From an uncultured delta proteobacterium (GTDB lineage: Bacteria > Desulfobacterota > WTBG01 > CAIYCZ01), in NCBI GenBank assembly GCA_963803975.1, contig CAWDOY010000039.1, forward strand, positions 22,721 to 86,720: a DNA stretch of 64,000 nucleotides. Reading direction: 5' to 3'. A program made the translations under genes and the position numbers. Positions within the stretch are counted from its first letter, which is position 1. Every line of letters begins with the position of its first letter. Below, in pieces: positions 9,903 to 20,751 of this stretch. The notes under the pieces are model-generated. The model saw only the letters and a program-made list of their open reading frames with translations, was not told the origin of the DNA and made no database searches.

Positions 9903-10262
9903 ATGTTTAAGATAAAAAAGACCGCCAAAGTTAACAATGAAGCACAAAAAATTAGCGGCATAAAGAAGGAATACCTTGCGAGCGTAAACATGTGCAAGGT
10001 AACTTTCACGCTGCCAAACAGTGCTGCTCCTGATTCAAAGAGCGTTCATCTTGTTGGAGAGTTTAATAATTGGGATATAAACGCTCATCAGATGAAACGA
10101 TCAAAGAATGGAGAGTATACTATCACTCTCAAAATTGCGCCGGGAAAGGACTATGAATTTCGTTATCTCATCGATCAATCTAAATGGGAAAACGACTATC
10201 ATGCTGATAAATATGTGAGAAGTCCCTTTGGAGATAGTGATAATTCAATTGTTACCGTTTGA
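9903..10262 (+). CDS. stand-alone CBM48 / isoamylase early-set glycogen-binding protein
   Basis: CKVTF...VHLVGEFNNW...YEFRYLID..WEND..AD...DNS; AGGAGG RBS. Confidence 0.85.
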   Translation: MFKIKKTAKVNNEAQKISGIKKEYLASVNMCKVTFTLPNSAAPDSKSVHLVGEFNNWDINAHQMKRSKNGEYTITLKIAPGKDYEFRYLIDQSKWENDYHADKYVRSPFGDSDNSIVTV

Positions 10263-10496
10263 AAACTTTTGTTTGCTGATAAAGTCATACGCATTGCACC
10301 GAAGTTGAAGAAAAAAAAAGGGGGGGGTCAGCACCGAGAAATAAATTAATCTGTTTCATTTCAGTGTAGATTTGAAAATCAGCCATTGTCCGATGGAGTT
10401 AAAACCATATTTCAGAAACTGCCAGTTCAAATCCAAATTGCTATAAATTAGATTGCAGATGGCTGCTCTAACAACTGTTTTGAAACAGAACCGACG

Positions 10497-11827
10497 TTAC
10501 ATTGTTAAAAAATTCGGAAAACCCGATCTGACCCGCCGTTCCATATCATCCTCCCGGTTCTCGCGCAGCTTGATAAGCTTTTCCAGAATCCCCGGCCGTT
10601 CATCGCTTATGGTACTCATCAGCTCTGCATAGGTCCTGCCGATGAGCCTCACCATTTCAATAAATTCCATGGTCTGGGGAAGCTTCCTGCCGGGAAGCTC
10701 GGCAAGATAGTCAAGCTCTTCCGGGCTCAGGTAGTCCTGGAAATCAAGCGCGCTGGGAGTGGCTGCGCCGTGGGGTTTATAAAAATAGCGCTCATACCAC
10801 TCAAGATAGCTTCTCAATCCGCGCTCATTACGATTGCCTTCATTAAGCGCAATGGCTGCAGCCTGCCCGGCCATCCATCCGCAGCTGAGGGCCCCCACGT
10901 TGCTGATCTCCCGGCGCCAGCACGCATCGCCGATCAGCAGCACATTATCCTTATACGGCCGCTCTATGGGGCTGAACACATTTATCACGCAGGATGTTGC
11001 GTGAAGCAGCTTTGACTGTTTGAACCAGGAAGAGAACGTGGGATCTTTATGGAACAGGTACTGTATCAGCTCTGCGGGGGCTTTATCCCTGCGGTAGGTG
11101 AGCGCATAGACGTGGTAGTGGTTTGTCTCCGCTGCGGGAAGCATCGAAAAGAGCCCCTCCGGGGTTATCATAAAAATGAAACCTTCGGCATCGGGACAGT
11201 TGAGGCCTTCAACCTCCCAGGATGTATCGCAGGAAGTGCCGAAGAACCGGCGCCCTTCATTAAAGCCCCAGATTGCGGGCAATGCGCGAGTTGATGCCGT
11301 CAGCAGCAATTAAAAAACTGCCCTCAAAAAAATTCCCGCCGCCCTCAACCAGAACTCCCTGAGGTGTTTTCCGTACTGACGTGATATTCGTGTCGGGATA
11401 TATCTCCACCGCGTATTTTCCAAGATTCCTCCAGGATGCCGCGCAGCAGCAGCTCTTTGCTGGTGGCTACACCGGTGCGGTTTTTCAGCGGGTCTTTTTT
11501 CAGTTCGGCAAAATCCCCCAGCTCCAGCTTTTTGCCGCCCGGAGAATATATCTGGTAGCCGTATATATTCTGATAGGGCCCGGCATAGGGGATGGTGAAC
11601 CCGGTAACCGGAAAGGCAAATGAATGTTGTTCATCGTGGAATGTTGCGCTTTGCCCGAAGGTATAATGGTTGACCCCGATCACCCCGCCGCAGGAGCGGT
11701 GAATCTTCGGGATGTCGGCTTTGCGGTCCAGCAAGGCAACCTTCAGCCCGTTTTCCCCTGCAGCCCGCGCTGCCATAAGCCCTGCCGGGCCCGCACCGAC
11801 TATTATCACGTCGTATTTTTTGGGCAT
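10497..11827 (-). CDS. geranylgeranyl reductase-family oxidoreductase, paralog 3 (frameshifts around 11300-11420)
   Basis: YDVIIVGAGPAG N-half plus DNVLLIGDA C-half ending GFPN, like the 353 gene. Confidence 0.75.
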
Positions 11828-11917
11828 AGAATTTTCCCCTGCTGCTGTATTCTTTGTAAAAGGCATTTTAATGCCGGAAGAGAGAGCCGGCCCGACCGGG
11901 AGATGAAAAACAAGTCT

Positions 11918-12115
11918 TTATGCGCAGAGCTTCTGGCAGCCGGTTACCTTCAGCCCGATAATGTCTACAAACGTTTTCATCTTTGTAATGTCCAGACTAT
12001 GCTTCGCGGCAAACGCCTGTATCTGCGTGCAGCTCAGAGCATCATTCTCCGCTGTTGCCTTCAGCTCTGCTTCAAGCTCCGCGCTCATCCAGGGTTCTCT
12101 TTTAGCATTATTCAT
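11918..12115 (-). CDS. small Cys-containing hypothetical protein
   Basis: LSC...LKVTGCQKLC pattern; GGAG upstream of ATG at 12115. Confidence 0.55.
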   Translation of the reverse strand: MNNAKREPWMSAELEAELKATAENDALSCTQIQAFAAKHSLDITKMKTFVDIIGLKVTGCQKLCA

Positions 12116-12172
12116 TTTTTGCTCCGGAAAATGACAGGCACAGAAGTACTGCCTCAAATTATATTAATTATT

Positions 12173-12799
12173 TTATGCCTGCAGCAAATAGACTGCCGCA
12201 ACTCCATGTTCTGATGTAACGTGTTTATCAACTAAGAAATGCGCTTCGGCAATCAATGGCTCTAAACCTCCCCGCGCCCTGAAGTCGAGGTAATGAGTGT
12301 AGTGTTCGCGGCCTGCCGTAATCTCAAAAAACCTTCTCAAGGCCCTCCAGAGGTACCCCATGGGAAACGGATAGGGACCAAAATTAAAATCTATGACCAG
12401 GACACGGCCATCAGCTTTTACGACGCGCTTGCACTCGGATAGAACGGCAGAACGCAGCGCGGCAGGCAATTCGTGCAGCACCAGGACCATGGTGACCAGG
12501 TCAAACATTTGGCCCGGGAAGGTCAAGTGCGAGGCATCTTCCAGACGAAGCTCGGCGGCGTCACCCAGTTTGCGCCGCGCCTTTTCAAGCATCGACTGCG
12601 AGGTATCCACCCCGAACAGTTTGCAGCCTGCTTTACGGTACAGGGCCAATTGTGTTCCCGTTCCACACCCGATGTCGAGAATTGATATATTCTCCCGGGG
12701 CGGAAATACCTTTAGGCCAATCCTTCTTAAGATGCCGGCTGATGGCTCGCAGAGCCAGTCATATGCCTTTGCCAGGCTCAGGTACGGGTCTTGTTTCAT
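12173..12799 (-). CDS. class I SAM-dependent methyltransferase (UbiE-like)
   Basis: ILDIGCGTG, GVDTSQSML, FDLV, LHE. Confidence 0.9.
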   Translation of the reverse strand: MKQDPYLSLAKAYDWLCEPSAGILRRIGLKVFPPRENISILDIGCGTGTQLALYRKAGCKLFGVDTSQSMLEKARRKLGDAAELRLEDASHLTFPGQMFDLVTMVLVLHELPAALRSAVLSECKRVVKADGRVLVIDFNFGPYPFPMGYLWRALRRFFEITAGREHYTHYLDFRARGGLEPLIAEAHFLVDKHVTSEHGVAAVYLLQA

Positions 12800-12958
12800 A
12801 TTGAGTCCCTCCCTGCTTATTTAAAACTGCATATATATCTGAGGAGGAAAAGAGTCAACAAATACTTCGTGAGCCGTGACTAAGTGGCGCGGGGTTAGGA
12901 GCTGGGGAATGGGAAAATAAACGTGAAAAGGGGTGATCTCATTTCCTTCCATCCCCTT

Positions 12959-13931
12959 TCAACGCGGCGGCGCAGGTTGACTGACCGGGGCCTTCCCCGC
13001 CTGCGCTGCGTTTGCCGGGGTGCTGACTGTTGCCTGGGCAAGAAGCTCTCCGGGCTTGAGCAATCCCTGCGCAAACTGATGAACGCTTTCAGCGGGGAAG
13101 TAATATACCAGCAGAACCGCTGCATCCCCGTAAAAGCGGTTGGCTGATGAAGCTATTGAAAAGCTGAAACCGTCCAGCGCTTTCCTGTTGGTGAATTTCT
13201 GATCAAGATAGACCAGCAGCTTTGCAATAACAGAATCAAAAAAAGGTTCAGAAGACTCTTTTTTGTTCGTGTCCAGCCGCGCCATTGCATCACCATAGAT
13301 GAGAAGGGTATGAAAACATCTCTGGCCTTTATAGGTATCAATTGAGGCAAACAAAGTAAAATCTGCAAGGCTGGAGGCGCTGGCGGACTCAAGCTCTTTC
13401 TGCAGACGGCTCACATTGAGCCGGTACAGCAGCAGGTCAAACCCGTACTGGTCCCGGCATCTCTTGTCCAGGGACTGAAACTCAAGGTCCTGCAGCCGCT
13501 GCTGTGCCAGCAAGGTATAGTTGCTGCGGGAATTTTTCCGAAGAAATTCCCTGTAGCCTTCCATGGTATCAGCGTCTTCAACCCGCTTGAACTCCAGCTG
13601 CGCAATTTTTTCAGCAGCCCGTGAGCTGTTGCGGTTTGCGGGAAAGGTCTTTGATGAATTCCCGGTACCCATCAATAGTGTCTTTCTGCTCACAGGGGGC
13701 AAACTCCAGGTCTTCAATAGTGCCCCTGGCTATAGGAATAAACATGTTCTCCGGATAGTTTCGGATGAACTCGCGATATCCCTCGATATTGTTTTTCTGC
13801 TGATAGGGCTTAAACTCTGCCTCCTGCCGCATCCGCTCTTCCTGTTCACTGTGAAACAGGGCGCCGCACCCCTGCAGCAGCGACAGCATGAGCACAAGAC
13901 AGCACCACGTTTTAATAGTTGAGCTTTTCAT
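12959..13931 (-). CDS. lipoprotein with short helical repeats (frameshift near 13650)
   Basis: LLQGC lipobox; three repeats NNIEGYREFI / DTIDGYREFI / DTMEGYREFL across the two ORFs. Confidence 0.7.
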
Positions 13932-13967
13932 ATAACGTCCTCTGTTACGTCCGGATAGTTATTAAAA

Positions 13968-14180
13968 GTGTCACGAGTCACGAATTTACCCATTCATCGA
14001 TTTTCCCCACTCATCGCTCGCTGTTCGGCCATGAGCCCTCCGTAGCACTGATAAGGCTGGACAATCGAAACTAAAATTATACTTCGAAATAACCAATAGG
14101 TTCGTTCCTTCCTAACACTGCGGAGGGTGGACACTCAGCACCTTACTTTGTGCCTCTGTGCCTTTTGCCTTTTTCCCCTT
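13968..14180 (-). repeat. composite intergenic repeat with a nested inverted-repeat insert
   Basis: 14132-14178 resembles 38962-39011 and 39847-39897; 14006-14022 is the exact reverse complement of 39013-39029; insert bounded by ccctccgtag (14036) / ctgcggaggg (14118). Confidence 0.7.
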
Positions 14181-16690
14181 CTCCACTCCGCACACCGTAT
14201 CCTTAAGCTGCGCGAATTTCCGGCCGTACTCTCCACCACCGAAATCCTGAAAACGAATTTTTGTTGCTGCAATGACCTCGCATGCATCTGACTGTTTTCC
14301 CAGCTGGGTAAGCGACCACGCTGTCCCGGTACCGCGCTTCAAACCACGGGGGAGTTCCCTGCTTCAGGCCCTTTGAAAACTTCCGCCACGTATCAAATGC
14401 ATCCTGCCACTGCTCCTGCTTCTCAAGGATAAGGCCGAGGCCGTGCATTGCTTCTGCTGATGCCGGGTCCTGCTCAAGCTTTTTCCGGTAGAGAGCTTCC
14501 GCCTGCTGCGGCTGATCAGTATCAGCGTAGAGTTCAGCAAGCCGCATTTGCAGGTGATCATAAAGATTTTTTCCTTTTAGCATCCGCTGCAACAATGCTG
14601 CTCAGCTTCTTATAGACGGCAAGCGCTGCCTGAGCTTTCTCTGCTGCCAGGGCGGTGTCACCCTGTGCCCGTGCATCACGGGCCTGCCGGTAATACTGGT
14701 CAGCATATTCGTTTATACATGCAAGGGTTTCCTGGTCAGCCGGCCCTTTGGCCGCGATGCTGCTGATCTCTCGCTCTGCGTCATCGAGCCGGCGCAGCTG
14801 CAGATAGCATTTAAGGCGCAGTTTTTTTACCAGGCCGTACAGAAGATCCCGCTGCCGGGTAACGGGGTACCTGCTCTCAAATCCCTGGAGCATTGGCAAT
14901 GCCTTCTGCGGGTTTGGCTCCGGGCCGTTAACATAGAGCCGCGCCAGGAGATACGCCATATGCGCATCAGGCTCACTGCCGGCTGCAGCGCCTTTTTTCA
15001 CTGCTGTTTTGTGCCAGCCTTCTGCCTGTTGCAGCGCTTCACGGTACAGCTGCAGCGCTTCATCTGACTGCCCCGCACCCTGGCGCACCAGTGTCTCAAT
15101 CTTTTCAATTTGTTCCTGCAGCGTATCTATAACCGGAAGCAGTCCTGCCTGCTGCGCCTCGGCAAAGTGCGGGCGAATCGCTTTTGACCAGCGCAAACTC
15201 CTGCAGCGCTTCCCGGGCCCTGTTTTTATGCTGATAGTAGCGGCCCAGCTGAAAATGCGCTTCGCTTTTGTCCCGGGCATCGGGGCAGTTTTTTACATAG
15301 CACTCGGCAGCCTTTATGTAGCGGCTGTAGAATGCCTCGGCCGGGTTTGCCTTATAGGCACGCACGGCAGCCACGTAATAGAGGCAGGCTGCCTTGCCGT
15401 TGAATGATGATTTGGGAAATTTTGCAAACAGGGTCTCAAGGCATGAAAGCGCCTCCTGCCACTGCTCTCTTTGCGCCAGGGCATACGCCAGGCGGAAGCA
15501 GACATCATCAAGGTGCCGTTTTATAAGGGTGTCGGGCGCGCTGTAGAGGCGGCGGTAGCGCTCAATGGCAGGGTCATACTGCTTGCGCTCAAAATACCAG
15601 TCAGCCATGGCCATGGTCGCCCATGCTCCCCAGCTCGGCTTCAGGCACCTTCGCAAGCGCCGCGGCGTGGTCCCGCACATACTGGTAGAGAACCGGTGCC
15701 TGCGCATCGCTCGGCATCTGCGAGGCGCTTCAGCTCCTGCACTGCTTCCCGCTCAGACTTGCCGGCAGCGCTGCCCTGGGTTTCCGGCTTCTTCTCCGCA
15801 ATGCCGAGCGCAATGGCTGATTCTAAATTTTTGATCTTTTCCCGCAGCGGCTGGGGCATGGCTTTCGGCTTAACCGTCTCTTCAAGCTCCTGCAGCTGCT
15901 TTACGGCGAGATTCTTTTTCCCTGTCTGATAACTGATCAGAGCCCGCTCATATCCGGCCTGTGCGTAAAGGGGATCTTCGCGGGACGACCGTTTCATCAC
16001 CGCCTGCAGGTCTTCCAGCGCCTTGTCATATTGTTTCAGCTCCTTGAAGCAGAGTGCGCGGCCCAGGATGCAGCGGCCGGCAAGCGATTGTTCCTGAAAA
16101 TTTATCCCGGCGCGCGTAAACCCGGAAACCGCCTCTTCCAGCAGGTCCGTCCGTGCTGAAGCGCGCTCCGTATAGAGCAGTGCCGCGTAGTAGCTGTTCC
16201 AGCCAAGCCAGTAGCCTGCAAGAAGTGTCAGGTACTGCGCCTGCTGCCATTCAGTCGAGGCAAATACACCTTCTTTATCCGCAGCACCGCCATGCTTCTC
16301 CTCCAGCACATCATCAATCCGGCCCTGGTTGTACGCAATCATGCTCCGCAGAAGCTCACCGTTTTTCAGAAACAGCGCTTTAAACTCGTCCTGCCGGGCA
16401 GCCTGCGTCAGGTCAGCATTCTGGCTCAGGTCAACAAGCCGGGTAACGCATTCTCCTGAGCGTATTGCCAGTCCTTTCTGCAGGTCAAAAGAAAGCTGGT
16501 TTTTTTCTTTCACGTCCGCAAAGCCTTTTTCCAGGCTGCGCAGCGTGCTGCTCACTTCGGCAAGAGAGCTCATCCCGCTCGCGCCACGGGCTGCCGCCGG
16601 TAATGAGCCGCAGAAAACAAGCACAGCGACCACGATACTGCCCTGTTTCATGGCATCAGCGAGAAGCTTCATATACGGTTCCTGCATCAT
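14112..16690 (-). CDS. large exported TPR-repeat protein (several frameshifts; 3' end uncertain)
   Basis: signal peptide, then TPR helices (ILGRALCFKELKQYDKA, FRLAYALAQREQWQEA, HFQLGRYY, RLAELY) across successive ORFs. Confidence 0.7.
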
Positions 16691-17816
16691 AAATTTTTCA
16701 AAAACTCATCCAGGTACGATTCCCATTTGGTGCCAAAGGCAAGCACGACCATCTGCCTGATCACCTTCACCTCGTCAAGCATGAGCGCGCTTTCTCCGCC
16801 CCCGGCCTCTGCAAGCTGCCTGAATTCAGGCATAACCGTCTGCCGGCTCTGCGGATCAACAGGCTGAAGGCTTCTGATGCTGGTATCAAGCGTTGCCACC
16901 ATGCCGCCCATCTGGTTTCTGAATTTTTCCACCAGCTCGCGTGCTTTCAGCATGTCCTGTTTGTGCGGGGGCGCATCGCCGATCAGAAGGATTATCTTCT
17001 TTGAGTTCTTCTCCCAGTTAAACTCGCTGACCGCAACGCGCAGTCCCTCGTCAACCGCCTCTTCGTAGTCGGTTCCGCCTACCGGGTCAATGCCCTGCAG
17101 GAACTTCTGCAGCTGCTGCGTCTTATGGGTGAGCGGGATATTTTTTCGTGACAAAATCATCTCCCCGGTCGCGGTATGCAACCAGCCCGATCCGTGTGGT
17201 GGGAACCAGCATCTTAAACGTCATGCACAGGTTTGCGATCTTTATCTTCACCTGCCGCAGAAACTGGGCCATGCTGCTGGTTGCATCAAAAACAAACACA
17301 ACATCCAGACCAATTTTCCGCACCCCCTGAATAGTCCTGCTGAATGACCCGAACGATTTGTCTCCGAGCCCGTAGTACGGCAGGCCCTTCCCGCCGATAG
17401 TATTTGCCGGGCCTCTGGGGCCGGCAAGCAGCGAGCGGTCAAGGGTCGGCGCGCCGATACGGTTGACATCCTCCCGGACCCGTATATCGGGGGTAAACTT
17501 CATGTCAGGCACCGGAGCATTTGATTCGATTTTAGGGATCGGCAATTCCTGTTTTTTTCAGACTTAAGCTGGTCAAACGCATCAGTGCCCCTGACTTTGA
17601 ACTCTTCAGGGGTTTGAGGAGCCTGAAAGGTAAACTGAAGGTCGTTCTGCTGCGGGGGAATGATGGATATGACCGGATTTTCTTCCAACCCGTAATGCGG
17701 AATAAAGGCCCAGTTCACCTGGTAAAACGCCAGTATCAGCACACGTGGATAAGGCAGGACAGTATATATGCCGGGGGATGTTTTATAAAATGCCGTATGG
17801 TTTTGGCATTGCGCAT
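16687..17816 (-). CDS. TonB-like TM anchor + Pro-rich linker + vWA domain protein (frameshifts)
   Basis: ATG 17816 reads MRNAKTIRHFIKHPPAYILSCLIHV; later DVVFVFDATSSM, GLVAYRD, GGTDYEEA, LIGDAPPH. Confidence 0.7.
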
Positions 17817-17958
17817 GCTGCAGCTCTTTCAATCGTTGTGGTAATGCTATCCCGTGCTTCAAGCAGCACTGCGATCCATGGAGACGCTTTCCCGCTACTC
17901 AGGCCTGGCACTAGTCATGAGGAAGTAAATTCGTCATCAAAGGTATGGATCGAAGCGC

Positions 17959-18391
17959 TTAGCTCGCCGGCGCTGCTGCCGGCGACTGGTGCCGGCGCTC
18001 GGTGGTCAGGCTGATGTTGTGCATGCCGCCGGCTTCGACCTGATCGATCACATCGACCAGCATCGCAATATCAACCTTCTGGTCAGCGTAAATCACGGCA
18101 CACTCGGGCTGCTGCTGCATCAGCAGCGGTTATTTTGTCGGTGAGCAGCCCCTGGGTTACCGGCTCATTGTTGAGATACACGCTGCCGTCGGGCTTTACG
18201 GCAATGATGATGTTTTTGGTCGGTGTCTGCTTCTCTGATGAGGATTGGGGAAGCTGCACCTGAATGGAGTTGAGCACCATGACCGGGGTGATGATCATGA
18301 AGATAATGAGCAGCACCAGGGCCACATCAATCAGCGGGACCATGTTGATATCGCTCAGAAACGGCGTTTCAGAGGTATTTTTTATGTACAT
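17959..18391 (-). CDS. exbD: ExbD/TolR biopolymer transporter (frameshift near 18115)
   Basis: INMVPLIDVALVLLIIFMI; shifted frame AVIYADQKV...VIDQVEAGGMHNISL ends at TAA 17959. Confidence 0.85.
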
Positions 18392-18393
18392 GA

Positions 18394-18996
18394 TTATTTA
18401 CCTCCGCGGTATATGAGCACGGTTGCAATGTGATCCAGTTCAAGGCTCAGCTTTCGGGCTCGTTTCAAAAAGTAGTTGTATGCCACGACTGCAGGGACTG
18501 CTACAAACAGGCCGGCCGCGGTTGAGATGAGCGCCTCGGCAATGCCGCTGGCAACGACCGACGGCCCGGCGCTTGCCTTGAGCGCGATGGCCTGAAACGC
18601 TCTGATAACCCCCACAACTGTCCCGAACAGGCCGACAAAGGGCGCGATATTTGCTATGGTGCCGAGCGCTGCAAGCCGGTGCTCCGCCTCCCAGCGCAGG
18701 CCCTTTGCCTCCTCACTCAAGAGAGCACCCAGAGCTTCTGCGGACTGCTGACTATGTTTAAGCCATGCCTGGACCAGCCTGCGGTGAGGAGTGTCCTTTG
18801 CCTTTAAGAAAGCCATGATCTCCGTGTATCCGTTCCGGGCGTTTTCAAGAAACTGCACCAGTTCCGGGCCTTTTTCCCTGCTTGAAAACAGGTAGTAGGC
18901 CTGATTAATCATCACCGTGACAGAATAGACAGACATTAAAGCAAGAATGATAAATGTCGGGTTGGTTAGATACAGGGCTACGTTATCGTAGGTCAT
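18394..18996 (-). CDS. exbB: MotA/TolQ/ExbB proton channel
   Basis: APFVGLFGTVVGVIRAF, GIAEALISTAAGLFVAVPA. Confidence 0.9.
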   Translation of the reverse strand: MTYDNVALYLTNPTFIILALMSVYSVTVMINQAYYLFSSREKGPELVQFLENARNGYTEIMAFLKAKDTPHRRLVQAWLKHSQQSAEALGALLSEEAKGLRWEAEHRLAALGTIANIAPFVGLFGTVVGVIRAFQAIALKASAGPSVVASGIAEALISTAAGLFVAVPAVVAYNYFLKRARKLSLELDHIATVLIYRGGK

Positions 18997-19142
18997 GGCA
19001 TTTCTCCTTTTATGGGGCCTGCTTTTTATAACAAACAGATATAATTATCTAACCTCATATATACCTGCGGTGATGGTGAGTCAATGGCATAGTGACATTG
19101 CGCAAGGTGGAATGAAGAAGGTTTGCTGTGAAAAGGGGGAGA

Positions 19143-19186
19143 GTGAAAGGTGGAAAGTGGAAGGTGAAAAGAGATTCGGGATTCGG
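19143..19186 (+). repeat. 7-nt-period degenerate tandem array
   Basis: GTGAAAG GTGGAAA GTGGAAG GTGAAAA then GATTCGG x2. Confidence 0.65.
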
Positions 19187-19229
19187 GACTGACAGCGCAA
19201 CACTGATGGCTAATTTCAGGATACCCGGC

Positions 19230-19454
19230 TCAGGTAAAAAGCCCGAGAACGAACCGGTTCATTTTTGCGCCGATACCGGTATATATAAAAAGCGCGATAA
19301 GCGCAGTGACGCCCAAAGCCACCAGCCATTTCTGTTTGACGGTGAAAGCGCTGCTGCGCAGCAACGCGTAGATACCAAGCGGCGGGAATGCCTGCAGGGA
19401 AAAAATAACTTTTGCCCGGTTGTTATACCATTTCGTTTTCTGCTGCTCTTCCAT
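19230..19454 (-). CDS. small membrane protein
   Basis: KWY...FPPLGIYALLRS..F...KW two-TM pattern; AGGAG RBS. Confidence 0.6.
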   Translation of the reverse strand: MEEQQKTKWYNNRAKVIFSLQAFPPLGIYALLRSSAFTVKQKWLVALGVTALIALFIYTGIGAKMNRFVLGLFT

Positions 19455-19640
19455 TAAATCTCCTTTATGCCGGGGTGTTGGTCAAAACAGGCGCCGGTTT
19501 TTTTCTGGCATGTATGTCCTGCTGCGCAACATTAGCACACAAAAAAAGCAGGGGCTTATTAATAATCAACAGAGGTCCCCTGCCGGTGTAAATGCATATA
19601 TATGGTTGGCGGGAATGAGTCAAGGAATTAGTGCGGGGTT

Positions 19641-19730
19641 GTGAAAGGTGCAAAGTGAAAAGGGAAGGTGAAAAAGGCAAAGGGTATAAAGGCACAAAGT
19701 AATTTCGGGACTGAAAGCTGATAGCTATTA
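19641..19730 (+). repeat. composite 7-mer repeat (GTGAAA, GGCACAAAGTAA and GCTGA modules)
   Basis: shares modules with the 14.1, 38.9 and 39.8 kb copies. Confidence 0.6.
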
Positions 19731-19744
19731 CTCAGTTACAAGCT

Positions 19745-20663
19745 TCAGCTTTTGGCAGCAGGTGGTGCCTCTCCCCGGGCATGGCTGCAGAAGTCTTCAA
19801 GATATTTGGCAAAGCTTCCCTGCTGCACGGCAAATATTTTTTCCATCTCCGTTATGTCGCAGGTGCTGCCTCCGGTAAATGCCGATACCAGGCCACGCGC
19901 ATTGTAGCGGCAGTTGGTTGCAAAATCGATGCATCGAGGCAATAAAATTTGTCAGCGGCAGGGGGATAAAAACAAAGCGGACTGGTTTGCCGATGGCCTT
20001 GCGAAAAAGCTCCTGGAACGAGATAAAATCATACTCCTCCTTGCCTGCCACCTCGATCACCCGGCACGATGCTTTCTGATTATCAAGTGCGTCAGCCATG
20101 CACCACGCCAGGTCTGCCAGCAAGATCGGCCGTATTTTCTCGTGCGGCTTCATAAAAAGAGGGGCCCAGCCCTTTTTGATGAGGCGGCGACCGAGCAATA
20201 ACGACATGTCCGTGGCAAGGGTGGTGACCCTGAACACCGTGTAGTCAATCCCGCTCACGGCCAGCAGGTCTTCCACCACCTTTTTTATTTTACCGTGCTC
20301 AAAGTTGCCGAACTTGGCAAGGCCCCAGTAGCTGACAAAGATAAACTTTTTAACCCCTGCTTCACGGGAACATTTAATCAGGGAAAGGTTGCCCTCGTAA
20401 TCATTCTCCCAGAGCGTTGCCGCGCTCCGGTCCTTTACAATATTGGTGGCAAAACTGCTGATGACCGCATCAACGTTATGCAGCGCGGCGGATAGAACCT
20501 TCCTGTCTCTCAAGCTTCCGCGGATGATCTCGACCCCCGTCTTTTCAAGCCGTATTGTATCAGAGTCCTGCCGGACAAAGCACCGTACCTTTTTGCCTCT
20601 TTTAAGCAGCTCTTCGACGACCGTGGTGCCAAGAAGCCCTGTTGCTCCGACGCAGAGAATCAT
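19745..20663 (-). CDS. atypical SDR / NAD(P)H-binding NmrA/Ycf39-like protein (frameshift near 19930)
   Basis: GATGLLG, GVKKFIFVS, SGIDYTVFR. Confidence 0.8.
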
Positions 20664-20751
20664 GATTGTGCACCTCCTGGTTGCATATACATCTGCATCT
20701 AATGACGGGCAGAGCTGACAGCTGATCGCTGACAGCTTTTTTAATTACTGC

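Noticed and set aside
19085-19102. sigma54 promoter TGGCAT...TTGC
   Set aside because: The -24/-12 spacing is 2 nt too long and it points away from the exbB operon
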